Part shown: positions 12,873 to 25,393 of the stretch, piece after piece
Position numbering within the stretch: position 1 is the first letter of the stretch
Layout of the letters: each line of letters begins with the position of its first letter
NCBI GenBank assembly: GCA_031835245.2
Contig: JAVKOQ020000012.1
Span: 186,001-250,000 of the forward strand
Source of the DNA: Balamuthia mandrillaris
Lineage: Eukaryota
Direction of reading: 5' to 3'
Length of the DNA: 64,000 nucleotides
Position numbers and translations under genes: made by a program
Notes under the pieces: model-generated
What the model was told of the DNA's origin: nothing
Databases searched by the model: none
What the model saw: the letters and a program-made list of their open reading frames with translations, nothing else

Positions 12873-13056
12873 TGTAGCGCCGCAGGGTAGACAAAACCAA
12901 GATTACACGTCACACTATTCCCCTTTGTCTGTGTGGGATAATACATGACTCCTCAACACATATGTCCACCCTGCGGGGCTACACTCTTTTCCCACAGAGG
13001 CAAAGGGGAAAAGCGTGACGTGTAATCTTGGTTATGTCTACTCCTGCGGGCTTACA
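12873..13056. mobile_element. MITE-like element: ~66-bp imperfect terminal inverted repeats with a 10-bp flanking direct repeat
   Basis: 12873-12938 is the imperfect reverse complement of 12990-13056; ends TG...CA; ctcttttggt flanks both sides (12863-12872, 13057-13066). Confidence 0.6.
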
Positions 13057-13223
13057 CTCTTTTGGTAGTGTGTTGCTCACGATCACCACCCCTCAGGCGG
13101 GAAAGATCCGGGAACTCAAAAATGGAAATATGCCGAGCGGGTAATTGCTTTCCATGGAGAATGCTGACGTGAGTTCCTGTCGGCAGAAAAAGAGCGCCAC
13201 CGAAAGAAAAAAATAAATAAAAG

Positions 13224-14199
13224 ATGGCGAGGTTTGTGGGAGAGGAGCGGTCGCTGGATGGCTTGTGCGAGGAGTACAGGAATGAGGAACTGCGCAAAAA
13301 GATAAACGCGCTCAAGGTTCGTTCTGAATGCCCCCTTTATCTTTCTCTCCTCTCTCTCTCTCTCTCTCTCTTATTCCTTTGCTCTCGTATGGATTAGTAC
13401 GCATAACAAAAGTGGAGCGATAACGATCTGATGATGAACAAACTACCACAAATGCTAACAACAGGCAGTCTATCCACGATGGCACGCCATACGAGGGGAT
13501 GGAAACTGTTTCTATCGTGCCGTATGGACCGGCTACAGCCGTCTCTTCTGCAGGCTTCCCACCGACGAACACAACTTTGAGGAAGAACGTCTTCGCTTCC
13601 AAAACGTGCTTTGCGCCAACCAACACCTCTTCCATCAACTTAAACCCGAAACGAAAGAACTTCTCTTCGCTCAGCTCAAGAAACTTTCACTCTCTCCTCC
13701 CCACAACGAGAACGAAGCATCGACGACAGAAGCAACAACGAACGACGAGGCAACGGAAGCAAGTAAGAAGGAAGAAGAAAAAGAGGAGGAGCTCTTCTCC
13801 CAACTCATCAACGACGAAGCGACTTCCGATGGGTTCGTGCTGTTTCTGCGTCTTCTCACCAGCGACACTCTTCGCAAAGGCAAAGACTTTTACAGCCTCT
13901 TCCTCGATGACGATGATGATGATAAAGGCGGTGTGTTCGAGCAACGTTGCCAACGAGCAGAGACGATGGGTGAGGAGGCGGAGCAATTGGAGATGGTGGC
14001 GCTACTTTCGGCGTTGGGTGTCTCCGCCAAGGTTTGGAGGTTGGAAAGAGGTGGTAAAGGGATCACTTCGGTGGTGCTGCCGGATGACAGCAAGAAGCAA
14101 CAGCTGTTAACTTTGTTATATCGGCCTGGCCATTACGATCTTCTTCTTCCCCGCGCATCCTGTTCCGGTTCTTCTTCTTCTTCTTCTTCTTCTTCTTGA
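13224..14199 (+). CDS. Otubain-like OTU deubiquitinase (peptidase C65); 2 exons
   Basis: IRGDGNCFYRA catalytic Cys motif and LLYRPGHYDLL His motif. Confidence 0.88.
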
Positions 14200-14269
14200 T
14201 GCTAAATAATTGTTGATACTGTACTTCTTTTTCGTTGTTATGGGGGAACTGCTTTGTTGTTGAAAGTGT

Positions 14270-15038
14270 TTACAAGCTATCTTCTTTGAGAGAGACAGCG
14301 TGACCTGATGATGCTGAGGAGGAAGAAGAGAAGGAAGGAGAAGAGCCCATCTCTCTCATGGGAAAGGAGTTACCGTCTTCTTCAATGTCATCATCGTCTT
14401 CGTGAGGTTCCTCGGCTTCATCGTCGGAGAGGTCCAACCATGGATTATCCGGAATTGGCCTAAACTTGTAACTATATTGTACGAGTGTTAAAATGACGAA
14501 AAATGGGAAAGAAAAAAGGAAAAGAGAAGGCAAACGTACTATGTTATACACCAGAACAAGAGGGTGGCGATCTCTGTGAAGAACGTGCCCAACCAAACGA
14601 GATGGAAGGGCAGCGTGGTGTCCAACAAGTACACAATGATGCGGGTAAAGTAGATGTAGGATACCACCAACAGGTAAAACTGACGGAAGAGCTGAAGCTT
14701 CTGCATGTTGCGCTTGGCCTTGCCGCTGATCTGCGCTGCCTCCTTCAAATGCTTGATGGACCAGATGATGGGGACGAGAATGGCACCGCAGCAAATGATG
14801 TCCACTAGCCGTAGTATATCCTGCCAGGCAAACCAGCCCTGTGAGCCCGGCGCTGTCTCTTCGAGGATGACCATGGCTACGTTGGAGAGGATCTGCAGGG
14901 GAATTACTACGAGGAAGATCTTCTTGTCCTTCTCGGAGAGGTAGGGCTTGATGAAGGCCCATCCAGTTCCTATGAGAGCGATCACCACGAATGTTGTGAT
15001 GCCCTTCAAACTATACAATTGCCAAATAAAAGCGAGAG

Positions 15039-15077
<39 letters not shown>

Positions 15078-15218
15078 GAATAAGGAAACAGAAGTAAAGA
15101 ACTGTACCCTGTAAAGAGGTAGTAGGGCACGGCCCAACCACCGGCATCTCCTGTTGTTTGTTTGTAGTGGTACTCAATCTGCAAATGAAGATTGCGAATT
15201 TTAACAAAATGTGTGAAG

Positions 15219-15250
<32 letters not shown>

Positions 15251-16304
15251 CAGCTTCTTACCGCCTTGAAAAGCAAAGAGAGTACTTTCAAAACTAACAA
15301 AAAGGTCATCAGATGGTGGATTCTGTAAATCTTCTTCCTGAACCACAGTAACGGAATGCATTTCAGTACTTGAAACTTTCGCTGGTCTCACAAGACAAGA
15401 AGAAAGGAACAAGGAAGCAAGCTGAAGAAAGAAAGAAAACGAAACGAAACGGATTAAATAGAAAAACCGAACCCTTCGCCCCGCATGAAAACATAAACCC
15501 AAACACCGAGCAGCACGACATGCGCCACAAACAGAAGCGTAAAGAGCTTAGGAAGTGGAGCCAGGCCGGCCGACAGATAGTTTGGCCCAGGATTGTACAT
15601 TTCCAGCCGAAGCTTCAAACGAAAAGAACAAATTGTAAGACAACAACAATAAAGAGAGATACAAAGCAAGCAAGCAAGCGATCGGTTTCCACAGGAAAAC
15701 AAAAATAGTGGAGCAAGAAAAAGAGGCATACCGTGAAACTGACGGGCTTGTTGTCACATTTGTACATGAGAAGACTGTAAAAGCCTTCCTCCGTTATTTT
15801 CATCCCGTACGTATTGTCGCCGCTGCGAACAAATAGAAAAAGGCAAAAAAAAAAAAAAACATAAGAAAAAAAAAACAAGAGGATAATCTAAAAAACAAAA
15901 AAACAAAAAAACCGTACGTCTCAGTCGCTGTCGGATATGGCAAGAATTCACAACTGAGGTTTTCCTCGCCAAGACCACCGTAGTCCGTTTCAGTGCGGCG
16001 CAAAACGAATTTAATCCCTGGTGGCTTTTATGTTTTGTTGAATGAATAAAAAAGTAGACGTTACATTTTTTTTTTCTGAATCGTAACTGCCACCACGTAC
16101 CTCGTTGGAGCCACTTATTGTAATGTTGACTTGGCCGCCACTGAAAAAGCCAAACGTTTCCAGTCGCAAAGGGGACCTGTCCTCATCTTCTACCCTGATC
16201 TCGTGGATGAGAGCGTGCACGCAGGTAGCGCCAAGGAGGCAAAGCACAACAACGCCCAACCAAGAGGTAGAGGGCCACCTCGGAAGGTTCCAGCACGACC
16301 TCAT
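14270..16304 (-). CDS. GPR107/GPR108 (LUSTR, lung seven-TM) family protein; multi-exon
   Basis: Signal peptide, ETFGFFSGG, NYLSAG, IALIGTGWAFIKPYLSEKDKKIFLVVIPLQ, DIICCGAILVPIIWSIKHL, KLQLFRQFY, YIYFTRI. Confidence 0.92.
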
Positions 16305-16420
16305 TTTTGCCTCTCTGTTCTTTTGTTTGCTCCAACCCTTCCCTCGTTCTCTCTGTGACAAAAATGAGGTCAATTTTTTCTTTCTTTTCGCTGACACGTC
16401 ACCATTTTTGTCGACTAAGG

Positions 16421-16509
16421 CATCTCAAGCATTTCAAACATTTCAAACATTTCAAGCATTTCAAACATTTCAAGCATTACAAGCATGCCGGCATTTCAAG
16501 TATTTCAGG
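16421..16509. repeat. 9-bp tandem repeat (CATTTCAAR)n, about 9 units
   Basis: catctcaag catttcaaa catttcaaa catttcaag catttcaaa catttcaag cattacaag ... catttcaag tatttcagg. Confidence 0.9.
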
Positions 16510-16531
16510 GGCGTGGCCAGAGAAGACTATG

Positions 16532-17405
16532 TCAAGCAGAACGACCTGATGGTTGATATTGTTCGCGCAATGAGAACAGCACATCCATAAGCTCGTGCTC
16601 AAAGCCGATATCTTCGAGATAGTTTGCCACGGCTGAAATGTAGTGGTTCTTTTCGTTGATGATGAAACAAGAGCAAACAGCTTTGAAGAGCAGCAATTTC
16701 TTCTCTGTTTATGTTTTGGTTATTTTTTTTATTAAAAAAAAAGTTTCATAAAAAACAAGAAAAAACAAGATGGTACAAACCTTGCACATCCCGCAAGTCC
16801 TCCCGACTAAACCTTGAAAAGAAGAGAGTGGACCACCAATGCCGCCGAGTGCTCCAAAATGCATCCAAAGAAGCTGCCACCGCTTCAATCTTTTGTTGAC
16901 GTTCTTCATCTTTTGCTTGTCGTAGTTTTGATTTTTCTTCATTTTCTTCCTCTGCTTCCTCTTCCTCTTCCTCGTTTAGATCGCCCAGATGTTGGGAACT
17001 CAACTCGCTGGTGGCTTTGTAGAGATAGTGCCACAAGCGCCAATCATCTGGTCGGTATTCAATTCTATTGGCAACTAACTCTATCATATTATCACTTGGT
17101 AATAAACCTTTTGAAAGAAAATTCTTAACACAAAAGAACGTACAGACCTGACAACAAAAGCAGGAAAGGAAGAATAAAGAATGTGAAAGAAAAGCAGGAT
17201 AACCTTGGAGATAGATTTCTAGAAAGGTGTTGAAAGCCACATCGGAGAAAGGATCGAGGACAAGCAACCTAGTGAGGCACTCGCTGACTGCAACAACGTC
17301 GGATGCACAAAATTCTCGTAAAAACATGGCCAAATAACTATTATCATTATTTGTCGTTTGTGGGAAAAAAATGATTGTGAGAGCGAAGGAGAGCAAAGGA
17401 GCAAA

Positions 17406-17436
<31 letters not shown>

Positions 17437-18802
17437 GGAGAGAGGGGGCGGGGAGAGAGGTAGAGAGTGAGTGAGCGAGCAAGAGAGAGAGAGAGAGAAC
17501 CAAAAAGCGGATGGATCGTTTGAATTTTGTTTACAATGCTGCTCCAGCAAAGTTCTACAAGCTTCCGTGTCGTTGTCGCTCAACAAAATCTACTTAGGAT
17601 AGAAAAGAATGAGCATAGAAAAATAAGACAAGAGAAAGAAAGCGAGCCTAACTGATGTCAAATAATAGACGTAGGCCGGTTCACTTTTGATGGCAATGGC
17701 AGCTGTGAGCAAGCGTTTTGCGTCCTGAAACAGCCGATAGGCTTTAAAACTGGGAAAGCCAAATTCTTGCCAATCCTCATCGCCAAGCACCGAACGCTCC
17801 GTGTTTCTAATGACAGAAGAAACCCTTCTTCGTTTCGTAGAGGTAGCAGTGTCGTTCGATTTTTCTTTACCTCTCTTTCTCTTTGAACCCGTTTGTTGTT
17901 CCTCTTCCTCCGCTTCTTCCTCTTCCTCCTCTTCCTCTTCTCCCTCTTCCTCCTTCTTTGCATTCTCTTCACTTTGTTCCGTTCCATTTTCTTGAGCAGC
18001 AGCGAGTAATGTAGGGTCTTCTGTTGGTGCGTTTGACTCTCCCATCAACTCCATTCGATAGAGAACGTACGCCAGCATGCCAGAATAGCCATGCACCATG
18101 TGGTTTGCGCTATACGGCTCTGAATGTACGTAACTATTTATGAATAAGAATAAGAAAAGTGCATTAGCGATGGAAAAATAAACAGAAAAGAAAGAAAGAA
18201 GCGACAAGAAACGACAAGAAAGAGTGAAGCAAACCTGGATAAGCTTTGATAAGCATCAGTAAAAAGACCTTTGTTAACAGTGTACATGGCCATGTCTAGA
18301 ATGCTTTCTACAGTCTGTAACGATTCATGCAATGGTAAGCAAAAGGGAAGAGAAGGGGTGAGAACGAGAGAACCAAAGAAGAGGAGAAGAAGGGAAGCAC
18401 AGAACAGAGGGCACAGCACCCAATCCGGACCGAGCTCGCCAAACTCGCGAAAGAAGTTCAGAGCGCGCCGATGGCCTTGCAAAGTATTCTGTGAGACAAC
18501 AACCTCATTGGCAGTCTGTATGTATGTATGTATGTAGTGTCAAAAAGAAGTAGAACAAAAGAAGTAGAAGAAGAACAGGAAGTGAAAGGTGAATAACAAA
18601 AAAACAAACAAACCCGGTAAAACAATTCTGGCATGTCTCTGAATCTAGGAAAGATAACGGAGGCGAGGTGTTTTGCTTGCTCCACGTCCTGCAGCAAAAT
18701 ATGCTCCCGGAGTAGCGTCAACATGTTTCGCATGTGCAAAAAGAAAAGGCCTCGCTTGGGCCGCGCGGCCGCATAGCCCAAGAACTTGTTCTTGGCGAAC
18801 AT
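16532..18802 (-). CDS. TAF1A/Rrn11-like RNA polymerase I core-factor subunit (helical repeats); multi-exon, start uncertain
   Basis: HMRNMLTLLREHILLQDVEQA resembles the Rrn11/TAF1A N-terminus; HGYSGML; C-terminal FWSTRRHWWSTLFFS...LLFKAVCS resembles TAF1A W.SR..WW...FS. Confidence 0.6.
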
Positions 18803-19075
18803 CTTCCTTCTTCGTTTGGTTCTTTTTTCCCGCTCTTTTTCTCCCTCCGGTTTGTCTCGCGACGTCACGGACCTCCGTATTATTGATTTTTATGCAAAGT
18901 TGCGATGTTTATCGATTTTCTCGAAAATCTTTGATCGATGAGCTTTTTTTTTTTCTTTTTTTCTTTTTTATTTATTTATTTTTTGATCAAAAAAATCACA
19001 CATTCCAAATGTCCACAAACAACAAGAAAGAGAGACGAAACATCTCGGCCACTAGGGCAGAAAAAAAAAACAACT

Positions 19076-20572
19076 TCAAACGTGATAACTTACGTTATCA
19101 TCGTAGTCGACAGAGACGACACCGTTGGCCACAAGGGCGTTGAGCACCTGCTCCGTCTCGAACACGAGCTTGTGGCGACAGAGCTGCAACAAGCTGTTGC
19201 GTAGGCCATCCTCCGTCTTGGCCACGTTCAACGGATGAGCCACCCACTCCCTGCACCTCGCCATCACCACTTCATCTTCCTTGCTTTGTTGATCCGTTGA
19301 TTCTCCCGTATTACTATGGTAGTCGTTGTTGTATTGACCATAAGAAGAAGAGGAAGGATAAGAGGAGACATCCAGCCGTTGTTGCTCCTCTTGGCTTCTC
19401 TTTTTCAAGTACTTGACTGTATTGCCACCGATAGTCGCCACACGTCCTTTTGGAGGGGCAAGAGAGATGAATCCCTCGTTTTGCAAGTTTTGAATGACGG
19501 TGTTTACATCCACGTTCGTCCTTCTTGCGTGACACATTGGCTTGATGGCCGCCATCAACTTGTATTTCTTCTTAGGAAGGTGATCCCTGCCGTTGCGACT
19601 TTGGATCCATCGTTCTATTCTCTTTAGCACATCCGACAATGCAGTTCCTTCTCCACTTTTCTTAGTGTTGATGTTGCTGTCGCTTAGTGGTTGGATTCGG
19701 CTTTGGATGAGATCCTCTGCTGAAGAAGGAAGAGGAGAAGGAGAAGAAGACGCAATACTTTCCTTTGGAAAAGTAGATTGAAGAGCTGGAAAAGAACTCT
19801 TATAGGCTTTCGATGCTGGAGAGAAGGATTTGCCACCTCCACTGACAATAGAAGCTGAAGAAGATGAAGGAGGCGCAGAAGTAGAGGCGCTTGTTTGGCC
19901 AAGAGGAATGGTGTGGATGACCTCAAAGGGGCTGGTGTCGGTTCGGCTGATGAAGTACACTTCAGAAACAGTGAACTCGATTGGCTTCCACGTTGCCACG
20001 AAGTTCGCTTTGTGTTTCTCAAGGTCTCTCTATTTTGTTTGCGTTCAATATTTGACAGCGTGAAAAAGGAAGAAGAGGCTCAAACCTTGCCGCGAAATTG
20101 GCCAACGGTCAAGTGTGGATGAAAACCATCACTGCTCCTGGTGCTCAGGTCATTACAAAACGGAAAGACCGACTCCAACGCCGCCTGCAGCTTATGTAAT
20201 GCTCCTGAAGGCTATTTATGCAGGTGTGGTTTTTTTTAAAACACAGGCTCAAAAAAAATAAATAAATAAAAAGGTTGAACGTACCTCCACCTTTGGGTTA
20301 CAAAACAAGGTGGTGCTGGTGATACCATGCTCGAAAAAGTCGAAGCCCTCGAACCTGACCTTGAAGGGCTGCACCGCGGAGAGGGCAGCGCGCACCGGTT
20401 CCACGGCTTGAGCAAAGTCTCGCTCCGGGATGAAAGGGTACAGGAGGTTGATGTGAGGAGGCCAACGGACATAGGCCTTGTCGTGCTTGGCTCGAATGGC
20501 TTGGATGGGAGGCCACTCGCCCTTCGGTGGCATCACCACCACAGCACTCTTGAATACTTTCTTGCCTTGCAT
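19076..20572 (-). CDS. 2H phosphoesterase (2'-5' RNA ligase-like/LENG9-like) with a duplicated C-terminal domain; 2 exons
   Basis: HDKAYVRWPPHINLLYPF and GFHPHLTVGQF (two Hx[S/T/N] motifs), followed by an Ser-rich linker and two similar ~65-aa repeats. Confidence 0.82.
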
Positions 20573-20650
20573 CCTGCTACCCTTTTCACTACGCCAAATT
20601 TTGGCTGCAGCTCTCCCGCTCCATTTTTGTTGCTGTGTTCCATTTCAGTG

Positions 20651-21662
20651 ATGTCGACGTTTATTCGAGCAGGGAAATTTCTCGGAAGGCTACCGCTTTG
20701 TTAATCTCGTGTCGTCGCGAGTTTAACTCGACATTACTGTTTTTCTATTTCTTCCTTGAAACAAACCGAAAAACTAACAGAAAGAGCATGGCCGTTTTTG
20801 TGGGAGGTGATCTTTAATGTCCAAGTCCAGCGGCTTATGTCCAGACCGGGCCTGGATGGATTGACCAAAGGGCTGTGGGCTAACTTGGCCCGCATACCCG
20901 GTGATGTAATGGCTTCGTTGCGGGCTTGCTTCAAAGAGAGGGGGCCTTTTACCATCTTCAAAGTCTATGGGCATTTGGCTTTCGCTCCTTTCATTTCAAG
21001 CCTCTACTGGTATCATCGTTTTCTAAGCCATTTCGTGTTCAACTTATTCTCAACTTCTACTTCTGTTTGCTTCTCCTAGCGTTTGTGGGGCCGATGTTAA
21101 ACAACATGCTGGCCATAAGCCCGAGCTACTCCAGCGTGCACCCTCGGGTTCTTCTTCAAGCGATGCTCTATATGGAACTTATCAAGAAGTGAGAGAACGA
21201 AAAAAGAGAGCAAGTAGCAAGGAAGGCCACTCCAAAAGGCTCCGCGATTACAGAAGAGGCCCTGAAAATAATAATAATAATAAGTTCCATATTCACGTTT
21301 CTGCTTACATCAGAAGAAATGTTTGGAAGATCACCGCAGACAAATATGGAGGGATGCTGATGATGAATGTGGACGTAGAAAAAGAAGAATGTGGTTTGGC
21401 AAGAAGAGCGGGTCATGTGGCAAGTCAGCTGACGTTATGTGCAGTTACATCAGCCTTGAGCTGTTTGCTGGTCATGCCTTTGAAAACAATTCTCGCTCGT
21501 ATGGTGTTGCACCCTGACCTGTACAGGAATGGAGAACGAGGGGAAGTGTTGTCGACCTTTAAACAGATTCTGAGAGATGAAAGTGGGTGGGGCTTTTATG
21601 AAGGGCTTGGCCTCAACTTTGCAGTCAACTTCATTCTTTACTCCTTAAGCACCTGCAAATAA
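20651..21662 (+). CDS. Divergent mitochondrial carrier (SLC25)-like protein; 5' exon uncertain
   Basis: LVMPLKTILARM...FKQILRDESGWGFYEGLG resembles a degenerate carrier repeat; an earlier LRACFKERGPFTIFK half-repeat. Confidence 0.5.
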
Positions 21663-21747
21663 AGAAAGAAAAAGAAAAATAGGAAAGAAAAAAAGGAAGG
21701 AGAATGAAAGAAGGCAAAACGATAGCCAACAGAAGCAAAACAGTAAA

Positions 21748-21819
21748 CTCCCCCGCCGGGAATCGAACCCGGGTTGTCCGCGTGACAGGCGGAAGTGCTG
21801 CCGACTACACCACAGGGGA
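21748..21819 (-). tRNA. tRNA-Asp (GTC)
   Basis: TCCCCTG/CGGGGGA acceptor stem, CCGC-CTGTCAC-GCGG anticodon arm, GGTTCGATTCC T-loop, discriminator G. Confidence 0.95.
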
Positions 21820-22052
21820 AGTTGTTGAAACCATTACACATGACCGAAAAGATAAAGGGGGCTAACCTTCTTTCTGCACATCAGTCACTGGAATTTCGTT
21901 CGATTCTGTGGACGTGGAAAACAAACCCTGCACGTAACGGGGTTCGAACCGACGTCCAATAAACTACCTTTCATTTAAGGTATTTCTGTGCTGAGCACCA
22001 ACCGTGAAGTAGTTGCGCACATAAAAAACAAAACTTGCGTCTCCCACTAAAG

Positions 22053-23201
22053 ATGCCGCTGCCCGTTGTGGTTGCGCAGCTGTTGTTTTGGCTGCCGCAT
22101 ACCTTGTACGTTAACTTTGTTTTTTTTTTTTGTTTAACTTGCAGTTCATTCTCCGTTCCCCCCTCTTCGTTGTTGTTGTTGTTCCGTCTTTTCTGATTTT
22201 TTAAAAAAAAAACATTAAAAATTCTAGGAAAGGATTGGACATCTTTCTGAAGCTCAAGGGCTTCAAGATCATTCCCTCCTTCAAGCAGTCGGAATGGCTG
22301 GAGATAAACGTCGGCGGGACGGTCTTTCTCACCACCAAGCGGACGCTCCTCTCCCACAAGTCCCTCTTCTCCATCATGTTCGAGGCGGAGTGGACGCAGG
22401 CCGCCAAGACGCCCACCGCCGTCGCCAAGGAGTACCTCACCGCCGCGAAGAGTCGGTTCTCCTGGCGGAGGAAGCAGAAGCAACAGGAGGAGGAGGAGGA
22501 GGCCCAAAGCAAGGACGAGCAAAAGCTGATGAAGGAGCAGGAGAGGCTGGACTTTAGCAAGAAGTACTACCAGATCCGGAAGAAGTCGGACAATAGCATT
22601 TACATTGATCGTCACCCGCACTACTTTGCCCCTTGTTTGAACTACCTTCGCACTGGCAAGTTGGTGCTTGACTCCAACCACAGCCTCACTGGCATTCTTG
22701 AAGGTTCAGTCTCTCGTTCTCTGCTGACTTTGCATTCCCTTGTCCTTCCCTTCCGCTTCTCGTCTTCTATTCTCTCCTTCTCCTCTCTTTCATGGCTTTC
22801 GTTCTCTCGTTATCCTATACTCAAATAGTTCCGTTTTAATAGAGGCGAAATACTATCGTATCAGCTCCTTGGTGCGGATGATCGTCGAACACCAAAAAGC
22901 ACAAGGAATCGATGTCGACCAGGAACAAGAAAAGAGTGAGAAGGAAGGCGTCCTCCTCACGCCCGCCTCCTCTTTCTTCATGCATTCGGATCATCCTCCA
23001 CCATACCCGTTCTCCTCTTCTTCTTTTCCTTCATCATCTTCTTTTTGGCAATCTGCGAGGTGGAGCGAGGCCTTGGCTCGTTCTCAACAACAACAAAGAG
23101 TTTTATCAACACAAATAAGAATGAGTCGTCGGAAGCGGCAACAACGACTACAACTAAGAGAACATGTAAAGAAAGCAGCAAAAGCTGCTGGCAACCAATA
23201 A
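22053..23201 (+). CDS. BTB/POZ (KCTD/T1-type) domain protein; 3 exons
   Basis: LEINVGGTVFLTTKRTL...SLFSIMF...IYIDRHPHYFAPCLNYLRTGKL...EAKYYRISSL. Confidence 0.85.
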
Positions 23202-23222
23202 CTTTTTTATTTTTCTTTTTGC

Positions 23223-23265
<43 letters not shown>

Positions 23266-23274
23266 CTCCTCTGT

Positions 23275-23908
23275 TCATTGCCGAACATCATAAAAGTGGT
23301 CCAAAGGGCCATGCCCCTTTCCGATGGCCTCTCTATAGAAGCTATCCTCAATAGCTCCAGCCACATACCTCTTTGCTGCCCTCACCGCCTCCTCCATCAC
23401 CTCTTCCCCATCTTCTCCTCTCTTCTTTCTCAACAAGACGGCCAGGTTGGCAGCGATGGCGCTGGCCAGCGTGCATCCAGTGCCGTGGGTGTTGCCGGTG
23501 CGATACCGCCTGGCGCCGAGCTCCACGAACCTGTCCTCCTTGCCATCGTACAGCACATCCACCACCGCCATGTCGTCCTCGTCTTCCCCGCCATGGAGAC
23601 TCTCCTCGACGTGCCTGAGCAAAGCGAGATGACCTCCTTTCACCAGGACGTAACGCGGGCCACCGTGCAACGCCTCATAGAGGCGTTTCGCCGTTTGCCT
23701 CATCTCGTGAACGGTACTAATAGGTTGGAGTGGTTGTCGCTGAGAACGAGGCTCGTTTGTATCTCCTGCAGAACTGGAGCAGAATTGGAGCAGGAGTTGA
23801 GCTTCCTCGAGGTTGGGCGTGATGATGCTGCACAGAGGCACCAGCTTCGTTTGCAATGCCCGCAAGGCTGCTGCTGGGAGGAGGCATGCCCCTCCTTTGG
23901 CCACCCTT

Positions 23909-23940
<32 letters not shown>

Positions 23941-24639
23941 TTTTGAAAAGAAAGAAATTACAATTATATAACAAAAGTTATAATATAGCAAACAACAAAA
24001 AACCAGTTGGTGAAAGGAATGGAGAATGAAAAAATGAAAATGAAAGAAGAACAAGAAGAAAATGAAAGAATGGCAAGAAGAAACAAAAAAAAGAAGGAAT
24101 CAAGGAATGAAAGGAGAGAGAAGGGATGGTACATGACAGGATCTAAAACGATGGGAATGTTATGGACGTTATGATGGAGCAAACGCGCAGCAACCGCCTC
24201 GATAACGTCCGCGTTGGCCAGCATGCCTATCTTGACCACGTCCGCGCCCATGTCCTCAAAGATGCTGTCCAGCTGCTGAGCCACAAAGGCAGGAGTGACC
24301 TCAAAGATTCCACTCACGCCTTTTGTGTTTTGTGCCGTCACTGTTTTTTTTTTTTTTTTGATGCTGAGCGAAAGAAGAAAACGAAAAGCAGAGAAGAACA
24401 AAGAAAGAAGAAAAGAAGAAGGAGAAGAGCAAGAAGAGCAAGAAGAATACGAGGAGGAACGAACAGGCAGTGATAACACTCATGCCATAACAACCGAGGC
24501 GGGCAAAGGTCTTGAGGTCAGCCTGGATGCCTGCTCCACCACCACAGTCGCTGCCCGCTATGGTCAACGCCAACGGTGGTGAGGCCTTCTTTTTCTGCTG
24601 CTGCTCTTCTTCCTCTGTCTTCTCGCGTGCAGCCAACAT
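23275..24639 (-). CDS. thiD: Hydroxymethylpyrimidine(-phosphate) kinase ThiD; 3 exons
   Basis: [76 protein letters not shown]. Confidence 0.93.
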
Positions 24640-24811
24640 TTTATTTTCCAATAATAAAAAAAAAATTATAGTATTTTTCAGGACGACACGGTTAACTCTG
24701 CTCCACATGACGAGGATTTGTGCTGTATAACTAATAACAGAATGACGTCACTATGGAATGTAAAGTATGCGGTGAGAAAGCAGAAGACGACGGAAGGAGA
24801 AAGGCAGAAAG

Positions 24812-24991
24812 ATGTCTGGGGTGTCGCGGCCGTTGCCTTTGTCCTCGGTGCTGAGGGCCAATCGCGCGTTGTGCTTACGGAGAAGGCCTATCGCTTCGTT
24901 GCGATGTTACACCAACTTTTCTGGGAGCAGCATCAATAAATGGATGTACGGTACACTGGTTTTTTTTTGCATTTTGTTCCGTTCGTCTAAT

Positions 24992-25030
<39 letters not shown>

Positions 25031-25339
25031 ACCCACTCTTTGATCGTGCTTATCTCCTCGTGGAAAGTGCCTATACTTCTGTGACCAGTATATCAACACC
25101 GATGCGCGTTTGCCTTCTTCCTACTACCTCTTTTCATTGGGAACGGAGGACCTATTCGAGGCGACCGGTGGAAGTCATGAGGAGGTTGGAAGCGCTGAAA
25201 CGCGACTTGGTGATGCGTAACTGGGAAGATGTTGAGGCACTGCTCGCAAAATTAGGCGCAGAGCACGAAAAGCTTTCATTCTCTGCTACCGAGTACAGCG
25301 GTACGTTTCTCTGTCGCTATCTCTCTGTCTCTCTCTGTC

Positions 25340-25393
<54 letters not shown>

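Noticed and set aside
21186..21192. Apparent in-frame TGA as selenocysteine in the carrier-like gene
   Set aside because: Better explained as a GTGAGA intron donor that restores the frame.
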